Assembly: GCA_002724675.1 (NCBI GenBank)
Contig: PBPL01000255.1
Coordinates: forward strand, 23,553 to 87,552
Source of the DNA: Deltaproteobacteria bacterium
Lineage (GTDB): Bacteria > Myxococcota_A > UBA796 > UBA9615
Length of the DNA stretch: 64,000 nucleotides
Reading direction: 5' to 3'
Both the position numbers and the translations under genes were made by a program. This document shows positions 47,856-57,827 of this stretch, one piece after another (position 1 is the first letter of the stretch; each line of letters opens with the position of its first letter). A model generated the notes under the pieces. That model had not been told where the DNA came from, searched no databases, and worked only from the letters and a program-made list of their open reading frames with translations.

Positions 47856-49982
47856 ATGACCGAGCAGAGCCCAGGCATGCAGGGCGAGTTCCGCCTTCTC
47901 CATAAGATTGGAGAGGGCGGAATGGCCGATGTGTTTCTTGCGGAACGCCTGGGCGACGATGGCTTCAAGACCCGAGTGGCTCTCAAGCGACTCCACCGCG
48001 GACTCGCGATGGACTCGTACTTCATTCGGCAACTCGTGCGAGAGGCCAGGCTCCTCGGCCAACTGGAGCACGCCAACATCGTCCGCGTGTTCGACCTACG
48101 ACGTATTGGAGACGAGTACTACGTCGTGATGGAGTTTGTGGACGGGATCGACTTGGCGGCGGTCATGAAGGTCCATCGCAAGCGCAACACGCGCATCCCG
48201 AGGCCTTTTTTCTTTCATGTGGCCCTGAGCCTCAGTGAAGCGCTGTCCTACGCACACAATGCTGTGGACGAGGACGGCAATACGACCCCGTTAATTCACC
48301 GGGACATCAAGCCCAGCAACGTCATGTTGAGCCGCCGAGGGGTCGTGAAGCTGACCGACTTCGGCATCGCCCATGTGGGCGACGGGTCGGTCACCGACGG
48401 AATGGTTCAAGGAACCGCCAATTACATGTCGCCCGAACAGGCCTATGGCGATGAGCGCCTGACTGCAGCGTCGGACATCTACTCGCTGGGATCGGTGTAC
48501 TTCGAGATGTTGACGGGTCGGTGCCTCATCGACGGCGAGAACTACCTCAAGGCGATCCACCAAGTGCGACAACGCAACGTGGATGTGGACGAGCTGGCAG
48601 AACTCGGGGTGGAGCCGGGCTTGCGCATGGTGATCGCCCGCATGCTCGCTCGCGACCTGAAGGACCGCTACACCGAGGTAGAGAGTGTACGAAACGACCT
48701 CCAGTTCGTAGCTGACCGGCTGAAGGTGGACCTCAGCTGGCACCGGATCCGATCCTACGTTGGCAGGCTCATGTCCATCCTCGGGCGGGCCGAAGTGCGT
48801 GCGACCTTGAGCAACCTGGAAGTGCCCGCTGAGCTAGACCGCCTCAGCAACACCAACTCGACGCCGGGCGTGCCCACAGACGAGTCCCTTCTCCCCGAGA
48901 AGAGCAGTCCAGAGCCCATGTCCAGCGGACCGAAGACCCCCACGACACCTCCCCCCCTGGCGGCCCAAAAGCTCAACATCGAGGTCACTTCGGCGGTCCA
49001 GAAGGACTTTCTGGAAGCCCAACTGGAGACGCTGGAAGGGGAGGGGGACGAGCAAGAGAGCGCAGAAGCCCTCCCGCAGGAGGAAGCTGCGGACTGGGCA
49101 GAGGGCGACGAGACCTTGGCGCTCGATCGGCTAGAGAGTCCAGCGCCGGAGATGCAAGACCGAGAGGTCTCGTCACGCACTCCGACACCAGCACCCCTGC
49201 CGGGTGAGGACCAGGGGGAGGCGGAGCCGACGGGTCCGTTGCCAGAAGAACCGGCGGGGCCTGGCGACTGGGACGACAACGAAGCCACGTCGGTCTACAC
49301 CGGAAAGTCACCGGCAGAGATGGGGGTCGTTGGAGCAGGAAAGCTGGCCGAGCTACCTAGCCAAATCGAGGACAAGACCGTCCCCTACGTTCCCGGCACC
49401 TTGTCACAGAGGCTGGAGCCCTTGCCGGCGACCCCCTCGGTACTGGGCACCCCTAAACAAGAGGCGCCCACCCCGTCGCCAGGGCCCTTGCCCCGAGAGC
49501 CGGGAACCTCGGCTGCAGCCAGCCAAGACACGGACTCAGAGACCTGGCTGTTCAGTGACTCCTCATCGGACCAGAAGGCGCCCACTCAAGAGCCACTGGC
49601 TGCCACAACGGCGCTGCCAGCGGTACCAAAACAACCAGATGAAGGTGGGGCTCCGCCAAGACCAAAGCGACGGCGCAAGAAGAAGCGGCGCAAGAAGAAG
49701 CGGGTCTCCAAGGCCCTTGTGGCAAGCCTTGTCCTGGCCATCGTTGCTCTTGTCGTGGTCCTGTTGATTCTGCTCGCTTCGCGACTCCGATCCATGAGCT
49801 CAATGGATCTGAAGCCCCCGGATCCGGTAGAAGCAATACAAGCTTCACCAACGGAGGGGATCCATGGTGGAGCCCACGGTATTCTGCGACGCCAACAGGC
49901 CAACAGAACCCAGACAGAGCCCCCAACACCAGCCACGGCCGGGCCCCTCCGGCACTCGGCAGTCGGAGGTGTCGCCTCGTGA
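47856..49982 (+). CDS. Receptor-type Ser/Thr protein kinase (Hanks-type) with a Pro-rich linker, a polybasic juxtamembrane tract, a C-terminal TM and a short extracytoplasmic tail
   Basis: Kinase motifs VALKRL, HRDIKPSNVML, DFGIA and SPEQ. KRRRKKKRRKKKR followed by the TM helix ALVASLVLAIVALVVVLLILLA. Confidence 0.85.
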   Translation: MTEQSPGMQGEFRLLHKIGEGGMADVFLAERLGDDGFKTRVALKRLHRGLAMDSYFIRQLVREARLLGQLEHANIVRVFDLRRIGDEYYVVMEFVDGIDLAAVMKVHRKRNTRIPRPFFFHVALSLSEALSYAHNAVDEDGNTTPLIHRDIKPSNVMLSRRGVVKLTDFGIAHVGDGSVTDGMVQGTANYMSPEQAYGDERLTAASDIYSLGSVYFEMLTGRCLIDGENYLKAIHQVRQRNVDVDELAELGVEPGLRMVIARMLARDLKDRYTEVESVRNDLQFVADRLKVDLSWHRIRSYVGRLMSILGRAEVRATLSNLEVPAELDRLSNTNSTPGVPTDESLLPEKSSPEPMSSGPKTPTTPPPLAAQKLNIEVTSAVQKDFLEAQLETLEGEGDEQESAEALPQEEAADWAEGDETLALDRLESPAPEMQDREVSSRTPTPAPLPGEDQGEAEPTGPLPEEPAGPGDWDDNEATSVYTGKSPAEMGVVGAGKLAELPSQIEDKTVPYVPGTLSQRLEPLPATPSVLGTPKQEAPTPSPGPLPREPGTSAAASQDTDSETWLFSDSSSDQKAPTQEPLAATTALPAVPKQPDEGGAPPRPKRRRKKKRRKKKRVSKALVASLVLAIVALVVVLLILLASRLRSMSSMDLKPPDPVEAIQASPTEGIHGGAHGILRRQQANRTQTEPPTPATAGPLRHSAVGGVAS

Positions 49983-52684
49983 CGCGATTCCCCATCAAGC
50001 GCGGTGAGTTCAGCCTCCTTCGCAAGATCGGCGAGGGTGGCATGGCCGAGGTCTTCCTCGCTGAACGGGGCGGCGATGAGGGCTTCAAGACCTTAGTGGC
50101 GCTGAAGCGCCTCCACAGCGGGTTCGCCCTGGATCAATACTTCATCCGACAGCTGGTCCAGGAAGCCAAGCTCCTGGGGCAGTTGCAGCACAACAACATT
50201 GTTCGTGTGCACGACTTTCGACGGATTGACGACGAGTACTTCATCGTCATGGAGTACATCGATGGTATCGACCTAGCGCAGGCCATTCACGTCCACAAGG
50301 AACACGACCTCCGCTTTCCGCTGTCCATCTTCTTCCACCTCGCGCTGTGCCTCTGCGAGTCCTTGGATTACGCCCACACGGCCACCGACCTCACCGGCAA
50401 GCCCATGCGCCTCGTGCACCGGGACATGAAGCCGAGCAACGTGCTCATTAGCCACCGCGGCATCGTCAAGCTCACCGACTTCGGGATTGCTCGGGTGGGC
50501 GATGCCACCACAACGGGGTCCATCGTCAAGGGCACGGCCAACTACATGTCGCCAGAGCAAGCTGCTGGCGAGCAGGACCTGGGCCCCGCGTCGGACATCT
50601 TCAGCCTTGGCGCGGTCTTCTGGGAAATCCTCACACTGGGCAAGCTGGTGGAGGGCAGCAACTACCTGAACGTGATTGACGCCATCAAGGATCTCAACGT
50701 CGGGCTCAAGGACATCACCGAGAAGGGGATTGAGCCAGGCCTTCGGATGATCCTGCTCCGGATGCTCGCCCGAAAGAAGGAGCTCCGTTACCAGGACATG
50801 GGGCTGGTCCTAAAGGACCTGCGGTTTGTAGCAGAACAGATGAAGGTGGACCTATCCCCCTCCCACCTCCGCAACTACATGGCTCGGATCACCAACCTCG
50901 CTCGAGAGGCAGCCCAACGCCTAGCGGAACAGGGGGGCAATGACGACCCCATGGGACCCATCACGCCGGTCACCCCGATGCCGGTGGTTGAAGAACTCCA
51001 GATTGAGCCCATCACCGACGAGCATGAGTTGCCGCAGGAGTCTCTGGAAGATGCCGACGAGGTGAGCACAGCCAGAGGGGTCAGCCCCACACCCACACCC
51101 GCACCCGCACCCGCACCCGCAGCTCCGCCCACGCCCTCAGGGCCGCCCACGACCCCCCGAAGCTCGGGCAAACCTCCGGCCTCAGCCTCTCCCCCCACCG
51201 CAGCCGCTCTCAAGGTCGCGCAGGAGGTAGCCGCCGCCTCCGTGGAGGAAGCCCCATCGGGAGCCCACTTAGTTCGAAGGAACACTGAGGCTCATCCTGC
51301 ATCGGTTTCTCCGCCACCACAGGCAATCAGCCCGCCACCGCTCAGTCCGCCACCGCCCATCCCTCGTCCACCGGTGGAAATCCCAGCGCCGCCGCCACCA
51401 GCGCCCGTGCCCCAGACTGTCTCCAACGACACCTACTACACGGACACACAGGCCGAGGACTGGGACGAAGAGGATCTCTCGAGCGATCGGCGCCGAACCA
51501 ACCAGTTGATGATCGCTGGGGCCGCGGTCGCTGCGATTCTGGCCATTGGCTTGTTTGGCTTGATTTGGATCCTCAACAACGCCAAGAGCACGACCGACCA
51601 GCCCATCGCAGAGCCCAGCCCGCCAGCCACCGATCCATTAGACGCCGGAACCGCCTCCATGCCAGGAGACATCGGCACGGAAGAGATCGCCGCAGACGAC
51701 ACCGCGCTCTCCGATGTGGAAAGGCCGGCCACTGGGGATCGGGAGGGCCCCGGCGAAACCGGTTCCGCCAACTGGGACAGTCCCTCCTCGGCCCGAACGG
51801 GGACCTCCTCCAGCGAGAGGCGGCGGGAGATCACCAGCCGCTCTCGGGTCGCGGACAACTCTTCCTGGCGCGACGAGCGATCCCTAGAGATCCGCTCGGA
51901 CCGCGTTGCTGACACCGCACCCGCGCGCCCCGAACCGACCACGGACGACAGTTGGGAGCGGCCCCGGGATGCGGCCACCACGGACTGGGCCAGTGACTCG
52001 GACTCGGTGGACTGGTCTAGGGACTCTGACACGGTGGACTGGGCTGCCGACTCTCCCTCCGATGGGAGCGACGACAGCTGGGTGGAGGCCGGAGCGAGTG
52101 AGGCCAACGACCTGGGGGGAGCCGATGAAGCCTCGTCCATGACCAGCGAGGCGCGCATCGATGACCTCGCGGGGCGGGCCGTCAGCGGTCGTCTGTCAAC
52201 CGACGAAGTGCGGGAGCTTCGCGTAATTCCCTCGGCCTCAGCCACCTACAACGCGAGCCGCGCAGTGTTGCTCGCCCACTTCGAGGCCAGCCAGGACTTC
52301 CGCTCCCACTGCGAGCTGGCCGAAGAGGCCATTGTCCAGTCAGCCAATCTCGCCGACCCCCAGTTCAATCTTGAGATGGGCAAGTGCCACCTTCGGGAAG
52401 GGCGCTACAACGAGGCCTTGGAGACCGCACGCATCGCCGAGATGCATGCCCAAGACATCCCATCGCGCATTCGCACCGACCGACAGTTGAAGATCTGGGA
52501 GGTGCAGGCCAAGGCCTACAAGGGCATGTATCAGGCCACGGACAACTTGGACTATGTCGCGGACTCCATCGCAGTGTGGGAACGTTATCGACACATGGCG
52601 AGGAACACCTACCGAGAACGCGAGATCGCTCGAGCCGACCGCGAGATCCGAGGCCTGGAGTCACTCAAGAGGGGAGCGCTGTAA
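49979..52684 (+). CDS. Receptor-type Ser/Thr protein kinase, a paralogue of the upstream kinase, with a Pro/Ala-rich linker, a TM helix and an extracytoplasmic domain of about 380 aa
   Basis: HRDMKPSNVLIS and DFGIARVGD. The N-terminal roughly 290 aa are close to identical in pattern to the preceding kinase. TM helix MIAGAAVAAILAIGLFGLIWIL. GTGA start/stop overlap. Confidence 0.85.
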   Translation: MTRFPIKRGEFSLLRKIGEGGMAEVFLAERGGDEGFKTLVALKRLHSGFALDQYFIRQLVQEAKLLGQLQHNNIVRVHDFRRIDDEYFIVMEYIDGIDLAQAIHVHKEHDLRFPLSIFFHLALCLCESLDYAHTATDLTGKPMRLVHRDMKPSNVLISHRGIVKLTDFGIARVGDATTTGSIVKGTANYMSPEQAAGEQDLGPASDIFSLGAVFWEILTLGKLVEGSNYLNVIDAIKDLNVGLKDITEKGIEPGLRMILLRMLARKKELRYQDMGLVLKDLRFVAEQMKVDLSPSHLRNYMARITNLAREAAQRLAEQGGNDDPMGPITPVTPMPVVEELQIEPITDEHELPQESLEDADEVSTARGVSPTPTPAPAPAPAAPPTPSGPPTTPRSSGKPPASASPPTAAALKVAQEVAAASVEEAPSGAHLVRRNTEAHPASVSPPPQAISPPPLSPPPPIPRPPVEIPAPPPPAPVPQTVSNDTYYTDTQAEDWDEEDLSSDRRRTNQLMIAGAAVAAILAIGLFGLIWILNNAKSTTDQPIAEPSPPATDPLDAGTASMPGDIGTEEIAADDTALSDVERPATGDREGPGETGSANWDSPSSARTGTSSSERRREITSRSRVADNSSWRDERSLEIRSDRVADTAPARPEPTTDDSWERPRDAATTDWASDSDSVDWSRDSDTVDWAADSPSDGSDDSWVEAGASEANDLGGADEASSMTSEARIDDLAGRAVSGRLSTDEVRELRVIPSASATYNASRAVLLAHFEASQDFRSHCELAEEAIVQSANLADPQFNLEMGKCHLREGRYNEALETARIAEMHAQDIPSRIRTDRQLKIWEVQAKAYKGMYQATDNLDYVADSIAVWERYRHMARNTYREREIARADREIRGLESLKRGAL
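51091..51120. repeat. Hexanucleotide microsatellite (ACCCGC)x4, plus a degenerate fifth copy, encoding a (TP/AP)n linker
   Basis: acccac acccgc acccgc acccgc acccgc, read directly. Confidence 0.8.
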
Positions 52685-52685
52685 G

Positions 52686-54314
52686 GTGAGCCTCCTGTCC
52701 GCTCGTGGAAGGGCTCGATGGCACCAGGCGCTCGTGCTGGGTTGTTCTCTGTTGGCCTGCGCCTGTTCCAGTGACAGCAACACGCCGGGCGATGCAGGCA
52801 CGGGTGGAACGGACGGTCCGAGCTTCGAGGGCATGTCGCTCGACCAAGGGATGCAGTTGTTGAGCAACACGTGGATGGCACAGGCCGCCGCTAACCCCGA
52901 TGGAGTGACGTCCCTGCTCGACGCGCCGGGCGGCGAAGGCTGGCTGCACCTGTTCCATGGGGACCTTGTCGCGGCAGAACGCTCATTCTCTGCGGGCCAT
53001 GGGAGCGGATCGGAGGCAACGTCGGGCTCGAGCCGCCTTGGACTGGCCCGAGTGCATCTGGAGCACGCGGCCATGCTGCGCGCAGTGGACTCGCTGCATC
53101 GGACCTCGGCCCTCGCTCTAGCCCGGTACCGCCGCGATCATGCAGGCGACGTTCGCGCCGGACCCTATCAGGGACTGTTGGGTGCGCTCGCCGCTCACCA
53201 AGCGGGGGCGCCCGTTGAGGAAGTGGACCAGTTTCTGGAGGCGACTTCACCAGAAGTGACCGGAGACGACGCCCAAGGGGCTGTGGAGCAGATCGCGGCG
53301 GGCCTCCGAGAGCTGCTAGCCGCTCGTCGGGCGGGACAGCCCGCATCCGAGTCAGCCACATCGAAGCTTCCAGAGCTCTTTCAGGGGCGACTGCGGGTCG
53401 CAGAACTCGTGGGCAGAGGTGACCTGGACACAGCATCGCGGCTCCGAACGCAGCTAGGCCCCTGGTCCCCCGACATTGTGGACCCCCTGGGCAGTGACGA
53501 CGACGCCAGGCTGAAGTTCGAGAGCCACTACTACGATGCAGACTTGTTGGTGGCCATCAAGCGACTGCACCTGGCCGAAGCCTGGCGCCTTGCCGCCGGC
53601 ATCGAGGGGCCCGGTGCGCTGATCCGTACGGCGGTGATGGCAGCTTGGGGGGACACGATCCCGGACGCCGTTCTGGGAGCATCGCTGCCCACAACCTCCC
53701 CTCAGCCCGAGTGGCAAGGACTGTTCCTGTCGCCAGCGTTGGACCCCATGGACTGGGAGGACTACTGGACGGGCGGGAGGCAAGGGAACAGCTTCCTCTC
53801 TCGGCTGGCCGAGCGCACCCCAGAGGTTCCATGGCTCGCTGGCCAAGACAACGCCAGCGTCGACCGCGTCTTGAAGTCGGCACAAGACCTCGAGCCCTTC
53901 GTCAAGGAGGCTCTGGTCCAAGGTGTGGGTTCCGAGGGCGCCTCAATGGTGCAGGACCTGGGCTTCACACACCTGTTCATGGATCGCATTCTCCGAACTC
54001 GGATGAGGTCGCTTCACGCCGAAGGGGCGGGGGTCCCCGCATTCCGCATCGGTGAACGCACGCTCGACCCCAACCCAGGGCGGCTGGGCGGACCGGAAGA
54101 TGCTGCGCGGACCCGTGTCTCGTTCCGCAACGATCGAGCCTATCTGGTGGACATGGCACACTCTCTGTGGCGGGCAGGGCAGACCGGCTCGGCACTGGAC
54201 TTCCTCCACCCGCTGACGAGCCAGCAACAAGCATTGACTGGATCGGTCTACATACTCGGCCAGCTCGACGCCGCATCGTCTGTTGGCAAAGGCGGCAAGG
54301 CGAGCCAGCTCTGA
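52686..54314 (+). CDS. Hypothetical lipoprotein (about 540 aa)
   Basis: GTG start 2 nt after the kinase stop. Lipobox LLACAC. No recognisable catalytic motif. Confidence 0.45.
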   Translation: MSLLSARGRARWHQALVLGCSLLACACSSDSNTPGDAGTGGTDGPSFEGMSLDQGMQLLSNTWMAQAAANPDGVTSLLDAPGGEGWLHLFHGDLVAAERSFSAGHGSGSEATSGSSRLGLARVHLEHAAMLRAVDSLHRTSALALARYRRDHAGDVRAGPYQGLLGALAAHQAGAPVEEVDQFLEATSPEVTGDDAQGAVEQIAAGLRELLAARRAGQPASESATSKLPELFQGRLRVAELVGRGDLDTASRLRTQLGPWSPDIVDPLGSDDDARLKFESHYYDADLLVAIKRLHLAEAWRLAAGIEGPGALIRTAVMAAWGDTIPDAVLGASLPTTSPQPEWQGLFLSPALDPMDWEDYWTGGRQGNSFLSRLAERTPEVPWLAGQDNASVDRVLKSAQDLEPFVKEALVQGVGSEGASMVQDLGFTHLFMDRILRTRMRSLHAEGAGVPAFRIGERTLDPNPGRLGGPEDAARTRVSFRNDRAYLVDMAHSLWRAGQTGSALDFLHPLTSQQQALTGSVYILGQLDAASSVGKGGKASQL

Positions 54315-54323
54315 GAATCATCC

Positions 54324-55961
54324 ATGAAACAACCGCGGACCCACGCACATGACCGACAAGCACCGGTGGCCAACACTCGACGACGAGGGGCGCGCATGAT
54401 GGGGCTGCGACGACCTCGGGGGGCATTCATAGCCCTCACGACATCGCTCATCTCGGTGGGCCTGTTGGTTGCGCACGGACCCGCCCGCGGGGACAGCTTC
54501 GAATACGCAGAAGACGAACTGCCCTACAGCCTGAACCCCATCCACGAGAGCGCCATGGCGGAGACGCGGCTCAACGAACTCCTGTTCGAGGGTATGTGGG
54601 GGCCTGGCTACGACGGCTCTCCCGAACCGCGACTAGCTGACGCCTACGAGCTCTCCCCCGATCGCAAGACGATGACGGTGTATATGCGAGAAGGGTTGCG
54701 GTGGTCAGACGGCCAACCGATCACGGCAGAAGACGTGGCCTTCACGATCCGGGCCTACCTCAACCTCAAGACGAAATCACCGGACAGGGGACGGGTCTCC
54801 TTCATCAAGAAGGCTGAGGCGGTGAATGACACGACCTTGCGGCTGGAGTTCGTGGACCCCGAGCCCGAGCCCCTTGAAAAGCTGTACTTCAAGATCCTGC
54901 CGCGGCATAGCTTCGATGGGCCTGCCATCGAGAAGACGCATCCGTTCTGGTTCAAGCCGACCACTTCAGGTCCGTTCAAGCTCTCAAGCCAGGATCTCGG
55001 CACCTGGACACTTGAGGCCAACATCGAAAGCAGCCGCCCTCCGCAGATAGGACGAGTCAAAGTCCGCGAGATGCCCGACAAGAACCAACAGGTCTCTTCG
55101 CTGGGCTATGGCTACATTCAAGCGATGGTCAACGTGCCGGGCCAATACCTACCGGAGGTGGAAAGGAGCCGGACAGCCGACCTCATTCCGTACCAGAACA
55201 AGGCGTGGTGGTACGTGGGGATGAACGAGAAGAATCCCCACCTCAAGGAGCTGGCGGTCCGCAATGCCTTGGCTCGCGCCCTAGACTTGGACGAGGCACT
55301 GGCCTTGATTGGGGAGGGCTACCGCATCTCCGGCCCCTTCGTGCCGAGCTCCAAGTTCTACAACCACAGCGCGACCGTCGATGTGTTGCAAAAGGATCTA
55401 GCCGAGGCCAGCGCTCTGATGGAGGCGGCCGGATATCGTGAGTCCGATGGTGTCTGGACTCGCCGAAACAAGCCCATCAAGATGCGGCTCTTCTATCGGG
55501 CGGGCCTGGGGGACCAAGGCCAGACAATCGCACTGAACTTGCAGTCTCAGTTGCGGCGCTTCGGCATCGACGCCAGTGACCCCGTCGCCATGGACAAGGC
55601 CGTCTGGAACGAGAAAGTGTTCTTGTTGCGCGACTACGACCTGGTCGTGGACAGCTGGTCCTTCGACAAGAACGAAAACATCTATGACCTCTTCCACTCG
55701 AAGGGCACCCAGAACTTCGTGCACTACCAGAACAAGGAAGTGGACACCCTTTTGGAGAAGGGCTTCACGGAGACCGACCCCGCAGCCAAGGTCGCGTACA
55801 TGCACGAGACACACCGTCTCCTCGCCCAGGATCTGCCCTACATCTTCTTGTGGAGCCTGAGGAGCTACACCGCAGTCCGCAGGGATGTGGAAGGTGTATT
55901 CATCCAGCCCTTCTACTACTTCTCACAGTTCTCCGACTGGCGACTTCCAGCCCACGACTAG
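54324..55961 (+). CDS. ABC transporter substrate-binding protein, family 5 (oligopeptide/dipeptide/nickel type)
   Basis: Signal/anchor AFIALTTSLISVGLLVA. Length and the conserved family-5 pattern (…RWSDGQPITAEDVAFT…). Followed by two permeases and two ATPases. Confidence 0.8.
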   Translation: MKQPRTHAHDRQAPVANTRRRGARMMGLRRPRGAFIALTTSLISVGLLVAHGPARGDSFEYAEDELPYSLNPIHESAMAETRLNELLFEGMWGPGYDGSPEPRLADAYELSPDRKTMTVYMREGLRWSDGQPITAEDVAFTIRAYLNLKTKSPDRGRVSFIKKAEAVNDTTLRLEFVDPEPEPLEKLYFKILPRHSFDGPAIEKTHPFWFKPTTSGPFKLSSQDLGTWTLEANIESSRPPQIGRVKVREMPDKNQQVSSLGYGYIQAMVNVPGQYLPEVERSRTADLIPYQNKAWWYVGMNEKNPHLKELAVRNALARALDLDEALALIGEGYRISGPFVPSSKFYNHSATVDVLQKDLAEASALMEAAGYRESDGVWTRRNKPIKMRLFYRAGLGDQGQTIALNLQSQLRRFGIDASDPVAMDKAVWNEKVFLLRDYDLVVDSWSFDKNENIYDLFHSKGTQNFVHYQNKEVDTLLEKGFTETDPAAKVAYMHETHRLLAQDLPYIFLWSLRSYTAVRRDVEGVFIQPFYYFSQFSDWRLPAHD

Positions 55962-55989
55962 CGGGACTGGAAACGCATCCGGCGCGACC

Positions 55990-56862
55990 ATGGGCACAAG
56001 GACCCGACTCGTCGGCCGTCACATTGCCACCTTTGGGGGGGTGGTATTCGTCTCCTCGATCGTGTTTGGCGCCCTCGTGTGGTGGGCCCCAGGATCGCCA
56101 CAACGCATCGACGCTGGAGCACAGCTAGACCAGGGTTTTTGGGGGTGGCTGCTGAGCTTCTGGCTTGGGCTGATTCAGTTCGACCTCGGCCCCTCGTATC
56201 GCGGCATTCCGGTGGACCAACTGCTGGTCAAAGGAGCCATAAAGAGCCTCCCACTGATTGTGCTCTCCATGATTCTGTCGGTCGGAGGCTCCCTCCTGGC
56301 CGTCGCCATCATGGGCACTCGAGCCTCGTCTTCGTTCCCTCTAGTCCGCACGGCCATCCACTCCATATCACTCGTGCCGGTGTTCCTCCTGGGTTACCTG
56401 GCCGTGGTGCTCTTCGCCGTGCCTCCAGACGGCGTCTTCCAGGCGCTGGCTGCCATCGCGATCCTGGCGGTGGGCGACGGCATGCTGACCGACATCTTCT
56501 TGGGTATCGATGACGAGGTGGACCAGCTGCTGGACCGGGACTTCGTGCACTCGGCTCGGCTGCGGGGAGTGCCGGTCGGCCCAACGTTGGCGAGACACCT
56601 GGCCTTGCCCCTAGCCCAAATCGCCGCGGACAAGATGGCCTATGTCGTAGGAGGAGTGCTCGTCATCGAGAAGGTCCTGGGCATCCAGGGCATCGGCTGG
56701 ATGGGCTATCGGGCAGCTACCCACCATGACTTCTTGCTCTTGCTCGCCATCACGGTTGCCGTGACGAGCCTGGTGGCCGCCTCCCAACTTGGTGTGGACC
56801 TGGTGCGCCTGGCCACCGATCCTCGAACGACTCCCAACGTGTCCGGGCAGGAGGTCGGGTGA
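55990..56862 (+). CDS. ABC transporter permease (DppB/OppB-like)
   Basis: Six hydrophobic helices, 290 aa. An internal ATG at 55990 is chosen. Confidence 0.75.
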   Translation: MGTRTRLVGRHIATFGGVVFVSSIVFGALVWWAPGSPQRIDAGAQLDQGFWGWLLSFWLGLIQFDLGPSYRGIPVDQLLVKGAIKSLPLIVLSMILSVGGSLLAVAIMGTRASSSFPLVRTAIHSISLVPVFLLGYLAVVLFAVPPDGVFQALAAIAILAVGDGMLTDIFLGIDDEVDQLLDRDFVHSARLRGVPVGPTLARHLALPLAQIAADKMAYVVGGVLVIEKVLGIQGIGWMGYRAATHHDFLLLLAITVAVTSLVAASQLGVDLVRLATDPRTTPNVSGQEVG

Positions 56863-57827
56863 CCCTCTCCAGCCTTTGGACGCAGCGGCATCGGCAGGAC
56901 CAAATGGGACCCGTCAGCGTCTTCGGATTTGGGGTCTTGATTGGACTGGTGGGGCTCCGGATCGCAGCTATGTTCGTCGACAGTAGCCCTCGACTAGGCC
57001 TGCAAGACGAACAACTGCTGCCAGCCATGGCCGGCCCTTCTTGGGATCATCTCCTGGGCACCGATCAACTGGGACGGGATCTGCTGCTTCGCATGGTCGA
57101 TGCGGTGGAAGCCTTCTTCCTCCCGGGGCTGTTTGCTTGCCTCGTCGCTGCGCTGATCGCGGTCCCCACCGGAGCTATCGCGGGATACTGGGAGGGCTCC
57201 AAAGGAGCCGCCGTACTCCGAGGACTCCTGACGATGATCAGCGCCTGGCCGCGTCTCGTGCTGGTGGTGGTCGTCGTCGCGATCTTCACGGGGAGCGTTC
57301 GCGATCCAGCCGCCTGGGCAGAAGTTCGGCTGTACCTTCTGGGTGGACTCGTGGGGCTCTCGTACATTCCCCAGCTGGGCGGCGCAGTCTCCGAGCGAGT
57401 TCAGCACTTCCGCAGGGAACAGTTCGTAGAGGCGGCCCGAGCCCACGGGCTATCGGACAGGCGAATCCTCCTGTGGCACATCCTCTGGGCCAACTGTCGA
57501 CACCTGGTACTCCGGCACACGTGCACGCTCTTTGGCGCGTTCATTCTGGTCGAAACGAGCTTGTCGTATCTCGGCGACTATGGGGTCCCACCCCCGAGGC
57601 CGTCCTGGGGCAACATCCTCGCAGGTGTTCGCCACAGCGTGGTGCACAGTCGCAGTCTCATGGCGAGCTCGGATAGCTGGAGCCCCGCCGGCCTCTGGGG
57701 TGGTGTGGAACAGGCGATCCAGCACGGGGGGCTGCTGGGGGTTCTCGCTCCCACAATAGCGATCGCCGTGTCCATTGCAGGGGTCCTCGCGCTGGCCGAA
57801 CACTATGCGAGGCGGGACCGACCATGA
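56859..57827 (+). CDS. ABC transporter permease (DppC/OppC-like)
   Basis: Polytopic. GTGA overlap with the upstream gene. Confidence 0.75.
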   Translation: MTLSSLWTQRHRQDQMGPVSVFGFGVLIGLVGLRIAAMFVDSSPRLGLQDEQLLPAMAGPSWDHLLGTDQLGRDLLLRMVDAVEAFFLPGLFACLVAALIAVPTGAIAGYWEGSKGAAVLRGLLTMISAWPRLVLVVVVVAIFTGSVRDPAAWAEVRLYLLGGLVGLSYIPQLGGAVSERVQHFRREQFVEAARAHGLSDRRILLWHILWANCRHLVLRHTCTLFGAFILVETSLSYLGDYGVPPPRPSWGNILAGVRHSVVHSRSLMASSDSWSPAGLWGGVEQAIQHGGLLGVLAPTIAIAVSIAGVLALAEHYARRDRP

